From Chlamydiota bacterium (GTDB lineage Bacteria; Chlamydiota; Chlamydiia; Chlamydiales; Rhabdochlamydiaceae): a stretch of 38,977 bases of DNA. The position numbers and the translations under genes were made by a program. The notes under the pieces are model-generated. The model ran no database searches. It was not told the DNA's origin and saw nothing but the letters and a program-made list of their open reading frames with translations. Shown here piece by piece: positions 22,678-31,630 of this stretch; within the stretch, counting starts at the first letter, position 1; the number at the start of each line of letters is the position of its first letter. Where the stretch lies: positions 1 to 38,977 of the forward strand of contig JAHFTP010000001.1 in the NCBI GenBank assembly GCA_023265495.1. The letters are read 5' to 3'.

Positions 22678-23865
22678 TTAGTTGGAACCGGCAAAAAGCC
22701 CTAGAGCGCGTTTTGCTGCTGCCATGAGATAAAAAGAGCCGCAAAAAAGGATGACGTCCTCAGGCATTGCCTTTTGCAAAGCGCTAGAAATCCCTTCACT
22801 CACGTCTCGATGGATAGAATAGTGAGGAAAAGACAGCTCTTTCATGTGGCTTGCAAGCTCTAAAGAGCTGGCAGACCTCTCAGACGGAAGCTCTACAAGA
22901 TAGATATGCTTTGCCCGTTGGGCAGCTATACGCAGACACCCTGACAGATCTTTATCTTTAGCCATTCCCATAACCACATGTATAGAAGAGTTGGAACATA
23001 AAGCTCCTATTTCTGGGAACAATCTCGCAAATCCCCCTGGGTTGTGCGCTACGTCGAAGAAGAACCTTCCTATTTTTTCTAATCGGCAAGGAGGTTTTAC
23101 AAGCAACCCTTGTTCTATACCATCTTGAGTTAAACGGGGGAAGACGGATTGCACTTGCTGTAGAGCAGCCCGAGCGACAGCGCTATTTTCCCTGTCGTAG
23201 CTAGGAAAGGAAGAAGTAACCGCTGTAAGAAGACTGTGACACATTTTTGCTTTTTCTATGATAAGAGGCACAAATGCTGTCGGCCCTACAACAACGGGAA
23301 CCTCTTCTTTAACGATCCCGCTTTTTTCATAGGCGATTTCCTCTATTGTTTTCCCCAAAACATCCGTGTGATCAAGAGAGAGAGAGGTAATGACACTGAG
23401 TTTAGGAGTCACTACATTGGTAGCATCTAGCCTTCCGCCAAGCCCTGTTTCAAAAATGGCGACATCCACTTTCTGTTTTTGGAAATAGAGAAAGGCTAAA
23501 AAAGTGACAAGTTCAAAAAAAGTGGGGGGAATATTTTTATGCTGGCATAGAGTAAATAAGGACTTAAGCCCCTCTGCTACCTCTCTTTCTTCTATCAGAT
23601 TCCCATTTATCGAAATCCTCTCTCTAAAGTCATAGAGGTGAGGAGACGTGAATAGACCTACCTTATATCCAGACAGCTGCAGAGCTTTTGCCATCTTTGT
23701 AGAAACGGAACCTTTTCCATTTGTTCCTGCCACATGGATGCAAGGGTAGCTGCTAAAAGGGCTGTTTAGTGCTTTAGAGAGGCTCTCTGCTAAAGACAGG
23801 CCAGAGCAAGTATTATGTCTTTTTAAAGAAAAGAGTCTGTCCAGCAAGGCCTGATAATCGTTCAT
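22678..23865 (-). CDS. folC: Bifunctional folylpolyglutamate synthase / dihydrofolate synthase
   Basis: It carries a Mur-ligase-type P-loop, HVAGTNGKGSV, and then ETGLGGRLDATNV. The length and domain order fit FolC. Confidence 0.9.
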   Translation of the reverse strand: MNDYQALLDRLFSLKRHNTCSGLSLAESLSKALNSPFSSYPCIHVAGTNGKGSVSTKMAKALQLSGYKVGLFTSPHLYDFRERISINGNLIEEREVAEGLKSLFTLCQHKNIPPTFFELVTFLAFLYFQKQKVDVAIFETGLGGRLDATNVVTPKLSVITSLSLDHTDVLGKTIEEIAYEKSGIVKEEVPVVVGPTAFVPLIIEKAKMCHSLLTAVTSSFPSYDRENSAVARAALQQVQSVFPRLTQDGIEQGLLVKPPCRLEKIGRFFFDVAHNPGGFARLFPEIGALCSNSSIHVVMGMAKDKDLSGCLRIAAQRAKHIYLVELPSERSASSLELASHMKELSFPHYSIHRDVSEGISSALQKAMPEDVILFCGSFYLMAAAKRALGLFAGSN

Positions 23866-24716
23866 GAATGCGCAGTGTTTTGAAAAATCTTCAAAAAAGC
23901 TTCTTTATTTACAAAAGAGCATCCAAGAGGGATGTGCGGCTTAGTATCCCCATGAAAATCAGAGCCTCCGCTAATAAGCAGATTGCGCTCATGAGCAAAC
24001 TTCAACCATCTACGCTCTTTTTCCTTAGATCCTCTTGCATAATAACACTCTATCCCATCAAAGGAAAACTCCATGAGTTCCCTTACAACAGTCCCACTTA
24101 GGAAAAGATGGGGATGGGCAATGAAGGCTTTTCCCTTTGCTTCATGGATGATCGCAACGCCCTCCTCAACGGAAGAGCTCTCTCCCGGGACATAACAAGA
24201 CTTTCCATCTCCTAAATATAGGGAAAAAGCCTCCCGCACCGACTTCACATACCCTTTATCGACGAGCACTTTAGCAATATGAGGCCTTCCGATCACATGA
24301 GCGGGAGAAATCTCTTTTTTCAGCTCTTTTTCCTCTACAACCATCTGCAGACGACATAATTTCTCCAAGATGGCAAGGTTGCGTCTATTTCTTCTTTCCT
24401 GCTGTTTTGTACAGTAAGCCTGTAGAGAGGGGTGATCGGGGAGAAAATCATAGCCTAAGATATGTACAGAAAATGCATGGTGTAAACAAGAAAGCTCTAC
24501 CCCTGTCCCCAAAAGAAGACCCGTTTTTTTTGCCACAGCCTCCGCCGCCGCATATCCATCGATCGTATCATGATCTGTGATAACAAGAGCGCCAAGGCCC
24601 AGCGAGCTTGCAAGAGAAACTATCTCCTCCGGAGTAAGAGATCCGTCTGAAAAGGTGCTATGGCAGTGTAAGTCTGCCCGAAAAGAATCTACTTGTCCAT
24701 CTGGTAGGGTATGCAT
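23862..24716 (-). CDS. PHP-domain phosphoesterase (TrpH/YciV family)
   Basis: ADLHCHSTFSDGSLTPEEIV, ITDHDTIDG and SGGSDFHG are the PHP metal-binding motifs. Confidence 0.85.
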   Translation of the reverse strand: MHTLPDGQVDSFRADLHCHSTFSDGSLTPEEIVSLASSLGLGALVITDHDTIDGYAAAEAVAKKTGLLLGTGVELSCLHHAFSVHILGYDFLPDHPSLQAYCTKQQERRNRRNLAILEKLCRLQMVVEEKELKKEISPAHVIGRPHIAKVLVDKGYVKSVREAFSLYLGDGKSCYVPGESSSVEEGVAIIHEAKGKAFIAHPHLFLSGTVVRELMEFSFDGIECYYARGSKEKERRWLKFAHERNLLISGGSDFHGDTKPHIPLGCSFVNKEAFLKIFQNTAHS

Positions 24717-25564
24717 CGAACTTCCATTTCTAGTTCTATTCCCATTTTTTCTTTTACTGTATTTTGTACATGTTTGGCTAGTTTCATTACATCACAAGCC
24801 GTTGCACCCTCTGCATTAATAATGAAATTTGCGTGGACAGAGGAAATCGCTGCCCCTCCTAAAGAAAAACCTTTTAATCCACTTTTTTCAATGAGAGCCC
24901 CTGCAGAATGGCCTGCAGGGTTTCTAAATACACATCCGGCAGACTTGTCTTTATAGGGCTGCGTAGCACTTCTATATTCGATGATGGCCAGCTGCTTACT
25001 GCGAGCATCAGCCAAAGGGGCTAATTGAAACTTTGCAGATACAATCACTGCCCGCATCTTCTGGAAGGAAGAGAACCTGTAAGAAAATTCCAGCTGATCT
25101 TTGTTTCCCACCTTTCTTTGACCTGATGCATCAATAAAACACACCTCTACAAGAGAATCTTTCGTCTCCTGTCCATTAGCACCTGCATTCATATAGATAG
25201 CACCGCCTACACTTGCAGGAATACCACAGGCAAATTCTAAACCAGACAGCCCATCTCTTGCTGTCTGCACACCGAGTAGAGAGAAACTATACCCAGCCCC
25301 TACCTCTACATCGAATCCACTTCTGTGACAAAAAGAGATCTTATTGAGAATGACAACCCCATCAAATCCTCTGTCATTAAAGAGACTATTGGATCCTTTT
25401 CCTATAACAATAAAATCTAAAGAATTTTCCCGGCAAAAACGGACGACCGACTCCATAAGAGAGATATCGGCCACCTCGATAAAATACTTAGCCTCTCCCC
25501 CAATACCGAACGTTGACAGCGATTTTAACGACTTATTCCGTTGAAAGTGAGAGTAATTGATCAT
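24689..25564 (-). CDS. murB: UDP-N-acetylenolpyruvoylglucosamine reductase
   Basis: FAD-binding motifs TFGIGGEAKYF and IGKGSNSLF, plus the C-terminal SAGCVFRNP...GAAIS..HANFIIN signature. Confidence 0.95.
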   Translation of the reverse strand: MINYSHFQRNKSLKSLSTFGIGGEAKYFIEVADISLMESVVRFCRENSLDFIVIGKGSNSLFNDRGFDGVVILNKISFCHRSGFDVEVGAGYSFSLLGVQTARDGLSGLEFACGIPASVGGAIYMNAGANGQETKDSLVEVCFIDASGQRKVGNKDQLEFSYRFSSFQKMRAVIVSAKFQLAPLADARSKQLAIIEYRSATQPYKDKSAGCVFRNPAGHSAGALIEKSGLKGFSLGGAAISSVHANFIINAEGATACDVMKLAKHVQNTVKEKMGIELEMEVRCIPYQMDK

Positions 25565-25997
25565 GTTCTTCCTTGTTGCAAGAGTCCCTATTTAATCTGC
25601 TCTGATACAGAGCATCGAGTACTGCATTTACAAAGGAAGCGCTTTCTTTGGTAGCAAACTTTCTCGTTATACGAATGGCTTCAGCTATCGCTACTTTCGG
25701 AGGAACTTCATCAGTAAAGCACAGTTCAAATACACCAAGCCTTAGTATATTTTTTTCTACTTTTGCAATTCTATCAAATTCGTATTCTTTAGAAAACCTT
25801 GTGATTAGAGCATCAATATCTGGAAGAAATTTTTGGATTTGTTTGCCCTTTTCTAGAACTGCTCTTACCACTTTCTTTGTAATAAGAAACTCCTTCATGA
25901 AAAATTCAACGCTCTCCTCTTCCACATCGAGCGAGAAGTCGACACTGAATAGAAGCTGAAAAAGGATCTCTCTAAATTTTTGCTGTGGAAATACCAT
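25533..25997 (-). CDS. nusB: Transcription antitermination factor NusB
   Basis: REILFQLLFSVDF...ILRLGVFELCF..EVPPKVAIAEAIRITRKFATKESASFVNAVLD is typical of NusB. The ATG at 25997 is preferred over the track's upstream non-ATG start at 26030. Confidence 0.85.
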   Translation of the reverse strand: MVFPQQKFREILFQLLFSVDFSLDVEEESVEFFMKEFLITKKVVRAVLEKGKQIQKFLPDIDALITRFSKEYEFDRIAKVEKNILRLGVFELCFTDEVPPKVAIAEAIRITRKFATKESASFVNAVLDALYQSRLNRDSCNKEEHDQLLSLSTE

Positions 25998-26175
25998 AAC
26001 CTTCACCCAAAGGGTAGAAGCATAGCACACATGCGCGAATATTTGGCAGCTAGAAAATCCTTTTTTTAGAGTAAAAACTATTTGATTGGATAAAAAACAT
26101 AAAAATCTATTGAAAAACCCACATTTTCCTGCTACGTTCCCCTAGTTCATCTTAAGTTAATAGATAGGGTGTATT

Positions 26176-26784
26176 GTGCTAGGAATATTTCTAGACTCTG
26201 AAACCAATGGGCTGAATACCCAAAAACATAAAATAATTGATATCGCCTTTGCGATCCTTGATATGGAGACAGGAGAGAAAAAAGAACAGTATGAATCGAT
26301 CATTTTTCAATCCTTTGAAGACTGGCAACGCAGCGATCTCGAAAGTTTGAAAGTGAATGGATTTACTTGGGAAGAAGTGAGCTACGGCAAAAGCCGGGAA
26401 ACCGTTGCTTTAGAAATAGAGAGTCTGTTTGCAAAGCAGGGAATCAAACGAGGAAAAGCCGTATTTATCTGTCAAAACCCCTCTTTTGACAGAGCATTTT
26501 TTGCACAAATTATTGACCCAGATATTCAGGAAAAGCTGCTGTGGCCCTACCACTGGCTCGACTTAGCTTCTATGTTTTGGGCAGAGAGCATGAAAAAAGC
26601 TACACAAAGTAAGGGACCGCTGCCTTGGGAAACAGGCTATTCAAAAGATAGAATTGCCAAGGCCCACGGCCTTCCCCCCGAAGAAAAGCCACACCGGGCT
26701 ATAAATGGAATGAACCATCTGATTCTCTGCTACGAAAAGGTGGTAGGTTTCCCTAAGAAGGAGCTGTTTGCATTGCGCAGATAA
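26176..26784 (+). CDS. DEDD-family 3'-5' exonuclease (DnaQ/epsilon-like domain)
   Basis: The ExoI motif is LGIFLDSETNGL and the ExoII-like motif is FICQNPSFDRAFF. A C-terminal H(x)4D-like HRAINGMNH is also present. The start codon is GTG. Confidence 0.8.
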   Translation: MLGIFLDSETNGLNTQKHKIIDIAFAILDMETGEKKEQYESIIFQSFEDWQRSDLESLKVNGFTWEEVSYGKSRETVALEIESLFAKQGIKRGKAVFICQNPSFDRAFFAQIIDPDIQEKLLWPYHWLDLASMFWAESMKKATQSKGPLPWETGYSKDRIAKAHGLPPEEKPHRAINGMNHLILCYEKVVGFPKKELFALRR

Positions 26785-28012
26785 GCTCTTCTCTTGATGG
26801 AATCTTTTCTGGAAATTTTTCCAACGCTTTCCTCAAGAGCTCCATGCGACCGTCTGGGAAGACCTCTTTTGCGATAGGAAGAAACATTTCCTCCAACAGT
26901 AAGAACCGAAGCTCGCTATGGCTTAAGCTGGCTCTGTCCCACTTGAAATAGGCGTCGAAAAATTGCTTTTCCGACACTTTGTCTTTAAACACTGACCAAA
27001 GATCTTTCACTGTCAGCAATTCCACCATATTCTGTAAAAAAAGCACTCCGATGCCTGGCTCTAGATAAGAAGGAAAACCCTCCGCATATTTCAATCCGAT
27101 AGTAACGGCTTCCGTCCCGATCCACTCCTGTAGAGAACCTCGAAAATGTGTTTCTATGCACCTTTGTACGTCATATCCATTATGGAAAATCCTCTCACTC
27201 CATCCTCTCATCTTTTTTTTCATCGCATCGATAAAATGCCCATTTATCTCTTCCAACACCCGGCATCTTTGACCAAAATTCTCCGGCAAGCCTTGGGAAA
27301 ACTGCTCATAGTTTTCAGCCATACGACCGGGAAGATCGGTGACATGCAACGAGCTAGCCTTCCATCCCAAACAAATCTTCCATGCACCATTTCTACTGAG
27401 TTGTTCTTTTGAGAAGCTATCTATAAATGCACGCATGCAACTGTCATGAAAAGCGAGAACTTGCACACGAAGGGCAAGCTCCATCATGTCGTGATACTCT
27501 CTCCACTCAGGATCTTCCCTGCTTTGAGACAACTGCTGCATCTCCTCAGATGAGATACGTGCGTAGAGATCTTCTTCTGCGCACTCGGCTATCACTTCTC
27601 TTACCGACGGCATTTTCTTCCCCTCTACCGAAGAAATAGAGAACTTTTGCAAAAACTGCTCCTGGGTGATTTCCCCGGACTTCAATTGATCCGTAAATTT
27701 TGCGACTAAAGATTCTTTAATTAGACAAATAAATTTTTTCTTTGCCAAGGAAGAAAAATAGGCCTCGGAGAGAGAGACATCGTCCTCTTTCCTCGTATAC
27801 ATGTAGAAACGGGCTTTTCTCTTCAGTTTATCACACGCATCCTTAAGAGCTTCTTCATCTGACCGTCTGGAAAATACTTGTCCTAAAACACAAAACGCGT
27901 GGTAAAGGACTTCTTTACATTTTTGTATAAAGGGTTCTTGGAAAAGGTCTGCTCCACCTAGAGAAGAGCTCTTTGGAGATTGTTCAGAAAATGCATAAGA
28001 AGCAATTCGCAT
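26753..28012 (-). CDS. Hypothetical protein (orphan, 419 aa)
   Basis: A long intact ORF with no TM segment and no motif I recognise. The N-terminus is Ser-rich (MRIASYAFSEQSPKSSSLGG). Very AT-rich DNA lies upstream (28013-28140). Confidence 0.6.
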   Translation of the reverse strand: MRIASYAFSEQSPKSSSLGGADLFQEPFIQKCKEVLYHAFCVLGQVFSRRSDEEALKDACDKLKRKARFYMYTRKEDDVSLSEAYFSSLAKKKFICLIKESLVAKFTDQLKSGEITQEQFLQKFSISSVEGKKMPSVREVIAECAEEDLYARISSEEMQQLSQSREDPEWREYHDMMELALRVQVLAFHDSCMRAFIDSFSKEQLSRNGAWKICLGWKASSLHVTDLPGRMAENYEQFSQGLPENFGQRCRVLEEINGHFIDAMKKKMRGWSERIFHNGYDVQRCIETHFRGSLQEWIGTEAVTIGLKYAEGFPSYLEPGIGVLFLQNMVELLTVKDLWSVFKDKVSEKQFFDAYFKWDRASLSHSELRFLLLEEMFLPIAKEVFPDGRMELLRKALEKFPEKIPSREELICAMQTAPS

Positions 28013-28190
28013 TTAACAGCCTTAAATTATATTAATCATCACAAACTATTTTACACTTATTATACTAATACATCAATACTTCATGTTTATTTTAATGTAC
28101 TAGTTAAAAATATAATTAAAATACAAACAAACACGCGCAATGACACACAAGGCACGAGTACTCATTGTGTCCCTACTAGGCGAAATTGGT

Positions 28191-28219
28191 TTGACTTTTT
28201 TTAAAAATTGCTGAGAATA
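28191..28219 (+). promoter_or_regulatory. Candidate promoter of the cdaA operon
   Basis: TTGACT (28191-28196), a 17-nt spacer, then AGAATA (28214-28219), preceded by TG. It lies about 58 nt upstream of the cdaA start. Pattern match only. Confidence 0.25.
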
Positions 28220-28277
28220 GGCATCTTCCTTAAGTGAGTAAGGCATGTGCGGAATTCTGGACTAGTTATAGAGAGAA

Positions 28278-29078
28278 ATGATGTTTTTTTTTCATACTTT
28301 AACACCCTTCATAGAGATAAGCATCATTGCTATACTGATTAATTATCTCCTCTCTTTTTTCTGGAATACACGCTCCATGGATCTTATGCTAGGCCTCTTG
28401 GCCTTCTTGATGATTTTTGCAGCCTCTTCCTGGCTCAATCTTCCTATATTGCATAAGATCATGTACCTTGTAGCCAATGTAGCAGTCATTGCAGTCCTCA
28501 TTATTTTCCAGCCGGAACTGCGCGTAGCGCTTTCCAAGCTTAGTTTAAAAGGGAAAAAATTCAAAGAAATCACAGAATTTGATAAGTTCCTCGATCAACT
28601 TTCCAATTCCCTCTACCGACTTTCAGAAAAAAGGATTGGAGCTCTTGTTGTTTTAGAAAACGAAGATATGTTAGAGGAGTTTGCGAATAAAGCCGTTCGT
28701 CTTGATGCCTCTTTTTCTTCCGAGTTGCTTGAAACGATCTTTGCCACCAACACCCCCCTACACGACGGGGCTGTCATCATAAGAAATGGAAAAATCATTG
28801 CAGCAGCCGTGATTCTCCCTCTGGCTGAAGACAGCTCTCAGCTTACCAAGTCGATGGGAACAAGGCATAGAGCTGGGCTGGGAGCGAGCCAGCTAACGGA
28901 TGCATTAATCATTGTAGTTTCTGAGGAAACAGGAAAGATCTCTATCGCAAGAGATGGTGTCATGACAAGAGGCGTGAAAATGGATCGATTCAAAGGAATT
29001 GTCAGAAGTATATTCACTCCACCTCCTGCCAAGGATTTTAAAAGGCACTTTAATTTGAAGGACTGGCTCAGACAATGA
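28278..29078 (+). CDS. cdaA: Membrane-anchored diadenylate cyclase (c-di-AMP synthase), DisA_N domain
   Basis: Three N-terminal TM segments are followed by GALVVLEN, TPLHDGAVIIRNGKIIAA, GTRHRAGLG and IIVVSEETGKISIA, which are the DAC-domain motifs. Confidence 0.9.
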   Translation: MMFFFHTLTPFIEISIIAILINYLLSFFWNTRSMDLMLGLLAFLMIFAASSWLNLPILHKIMYLVANVAVIAVLIIFQPELRVALSKLSLKGKKFKEITEFDKFLDQLSNSLYRLSEKRIGALVVLENEDMLEEFANKAVRLDASFSSELLETIFATNTPLHDGAVIIRNGKIIAAAVILPLAEDSSQLTKSMGTRHRAGLGASQLTDALIIVVSEETGKISIARDGVMTRGVKMDRFKGIVRSIFTPPPAKDFKRHFNLKDWLRQ

Positions 29079-30364
29079 AAACGCAATTTCTACAGTTTTT
29101 TGTGAGCAATTGGCAGCGCAAAGCAGTGTCTTTGCTTCTTGCAGTCATTATTTGGCTGGTGGTGAACCACTCTCTCACCTCCACAAAAACCCTCTCCAAT
29201 GTAGCCGTACGCGTGATCAACATCCCCTCCGGAAAAACAATTGAAGGGATCCAAGCCAGTGGGAAGCTCAATAAAAAACTCTCCCTCAGCCTTGTAGGAA
29301 ATTCAAACCTACTCGAGGATCTCAACTCTACTGATATAGAAGTTGTCATTGATGCTTCAAACAAGTCTGACGAATGGATAGCAACTATCACGAAAAAAAA
29401 TCTTGTTTCCTTAAATCCTGAACTAGATATTTCCAAAGGAATCAGTCGCGTCTACCACCCCAATTTTATTATTCGTCTTACAAAGCTTGTCACAGAAAAG
29501 ATTCCTATCTTTCTCACCCAGCCCATTGGAGAGGCTCCTAGAGAATACCAGTTCTTAGATGTGTGGCCCTACAAACTCTATTTAACTGTTAGCGGACCTG
29601 AAGAAGTCATTAAACGACTGAAACTAAAAGAACAAAAACTCACCTTCAACCTCAATGACATCTCTAAAGCACAACTAGATGCAATAGCATCTAATCAAAG
29701 CTCTGAGCAAAGTAGTGAGGTAATCAGCTTTTTTGTTCCGGACCAATGGAAACAAATCAACATTCCTCTTCTTTCCGATGCACCCATTGAAATTGATGAC
29801 CCTCTTGCGAAATCTTTGAGGATCGACTTCGTTCATTGCAACCTTCTTCCTATCAACGCCCCCATATTAGTAGATATGTTTTATCCCCAAGAGTTTGCCA
29901 CCACACTCAACCCTCTCAAGTACCAAATACAACCGAGCTCTCTCGTCAAAAATGACAATGGCGTATTTTTCATTAACACTCCGCTCTATGCCAAAGGCGC
30001 TGATAGGCTCTTTATCCAAATCGTCAAAGATATGATCCAGGTCCTAGTCATTGCTTCCCCCCCTTCTCTTCGCAAATCTCTGGACTACAGCATCCAATTT
30101 GTCAACCCAAGACAGCTCGAAGATACTTATGTGCGTACCCTCGTATCCGATGTCTCTGATGAAGACCTAAGACAAATGAAGCCCCACTTAAGAGAAGAAT
30201 ACCTAAGAAACCGTTTTAGAAGTTATATGAACCGTTTTCAGCTTTTTACGGCAGAAGACACAAAATTCGAATTAAACGCATATTTTGAAGGACATAACGT
30301 TGTAGTAGAAGAAAAATCTAGCAATATTGCCCTCCCCCACCAAAGCGCAGAAAAAAAACAGTAA
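29075..30364 (+). CDS. cdaR: YbbR-domain protein (CdaR-like regulator of CdaA)
   Basis: Its start overlaps the cdaA stop (ATGA). It has an N-terminal TM anchor followed by repeated beta-rich YbbR-like modules (VxV...P.G......P..V.V.GP). It sits in the conserved position downstream of cdaA. Confidence 0.8.
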   Translation: MKTQFLQFFVSNWQRKAVSLLLAVIIWLVVNHSLTSTKTLSNVAVRVINIPSGKTIEGIQASGKLNKKLSLSLVGNSNLLEDLNSTDIEVVIDASNKSDEWIATITKKNLVSLNPELDISKGISRVYHPNFIIRLTKLVTEKIPIFLTQPIGEAPREYQFLDVWPYKLYLTVSGPEEVIKRLKLKEQKLTFNLNDISKAQLDAIASNQSSEQSSEVISFFVPDQWKQINIPLLSDAPIEIDDPLAKSLRIDFVHCNLLPINAPILVDMFYPQEFATTLNPLKYQIQPSSLVKNDNGVFFINTPLYAKGADRLFIQIVKDMIQVLVIASPPSLRKSLDYSIQFVNPRQLEDTYVRTLVSDVSDEDLRQMKPHLREEYLRNRFRSYMNRFQLFTAEDTKFELNAYFEGHNVVVEEKSSNIALPHQSAEKKQ

Positions 30365-30368
30365 AAAC

Positions 30369-31475
30369 ATGTCGACTCCCTCTATCGTACTCCTCAAAAG
30401 CACTCTGGAAAAAAATGGTGGGCTAGAGAAATATGCAATAGAGATTGCTAAGGGGTTTACGGAAAGAGGCTATCGCCTCACCTTACTGACCACAGGCGCA
30501 GAAAACACCTCCTTTCCTTTCCCTGTGATCTCTTACCACTTTCGTAGCAAAATGAGCTTTAGAAAAGTGGCAGAATTCGACCTTTTTTGCAGAAGTTATG
30601 TAGAGAGGGAAAACCCTTCTCTCATTTTTGGGTTGGATCGCAATAGCTTGCAAACACATATCCGCGCAGGCAACGGCGTCCATGCTGCCTACTTAAACGA
30701 GAGAAAAAAAAGGGAAGGATTTTGGAAAGGCCTTTCTTTTTCTGCAAATCCCCTCCATAGAAGACTACTAGAACTAGAGAAAACGGCTTTTGAACATCCT
30801 AAGCTCCAAAAGCTTTTCACTAACTCAGATATGGTAAGAAGACAAGTTCTGCACTATTATAACACCGACCCCAATAAAATCTGCGTTATACACAACGGCG
30901 TAGAATGGACCCGAATGCAAGTCCCCTTTGATGCGTGGCCTGAGAAAAAACGGCTACAAACAGATAGGCTGCAGCTCCTTTTTCTCGGTCACAACTTCCG
31001 AAGAAAAGGACTCGACTATCTGTTAGATGCCCTAACACAATTACCTAAAGGAGACTTCCACCTAAATGTTGTAGGCAAAGACAAAAATGAAGCGCGCTAT
31101 AAAAAGCGGGTGCAAGCCTTGCATCTAGAAAAAAATGTCACCTTCTTCGGTCCGGTGCCGTCAGCTATCCCCTTTTATCAGCTCTCAGATGTTCTTATCA
31201 TCCCCTCCCTATACGATCCCTTTGCCAATGTAACCGTAGAGGCGCTCGCCATGGGACTCTTTGTCCTCTCCTCGAGCAACAATGGAGCTAGTGAAATCCT
31301 TACCAAAGACAATGGCATGATTCTCTCCAGTCTCACAGATAAGGACTGTTTCGTAGAGGCTCTTATAACATTGATGGATAAAAAGAAAACACTCTCCAGC
31401 TCCTTGCAAATCAGAAACTCTATCCAATATTTAGATTTTCCCAATCAGCTGAATAAAATGATCGATCTTTGCTAA
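30369..31475 (+). CDS. Glycosyltransferase, GT4 / GT-B fold (group 1)
   Basis: The N-terminal G-rich loop is LEKNGGLEKY. The C-terminal motif is PSLYDPFANVTVEALAMGLFVLSS (E-x7-E type). The ATG at 30369 is in frame with the track ORF and lies just after the ybbR stop. Confidence 0.85.
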   Translation: MSTPSIVLLKSTLEKNGGLEKYAIEIAKGFTERGYRLTLLTTGAENTSFPFPVISYHFRSKMSFRKVAEFDLFCRSYVERENPSLIFGLDRNSLQTHIRAGNGVHAAYLNERKKREGFWKGLSFSANPLHRRLLELEKTAFEHPKLQKLFTNSDMVRRQVLHYYNTDPNKICVIHNGVEWTRMQVPFDAWPEKKRLQTDRLQLLFLGHNFRRKGLDYLLDALTQLPKGDFHLNVVGKDKNEARYKKRVQALHLEKNVTFFGPVPSAIPFYQLSDVLIIPSLYDPFANVTVEALAMGLFVLSSSNNGASEILTKDNGMILSSLTDKDCFVEALITLMDKKKTLSSSLQIRNSIQYLDFPNQLNKMIDLC

Positions 31476-31630
31476 TTCAAGGTTAGACCGGTCCCTTGTT
31501 TTTGAGATACAGTCTCACGCCTTCAATAGCGTCTCTGATTTCCTGCGCGCCCTGGCGCAGATCCATTTCTCCCTGGAGATTTTCAGAAAATTCTGCTACA
31601 CTCCTATTTACTAACACCCTTTTTAAGGCC

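Noticed and set aside
28278-29078. Diadenylate cyclase as part of a cyclic-nucleotide (CBASS-like) defence system
   Set aside because: It has a canonical membrane CdaA with a DisA_N domain, followed by its standard YbbR/CdaR partner and envelope genes. No effector or CD-NTase-type gene is nearby. This is housekeeping c-di-AMP synthesis.
31496-31630. 5' extension of the acyltransferase ORF (TTG start at 31496)
   Set aside because: The extension (MFLRYSLTPSIASLISCAPWRRSISPWRFSEN...) is not LpxL-like. The family-typical N-terminal TM helix begins after the ATG at 31631.
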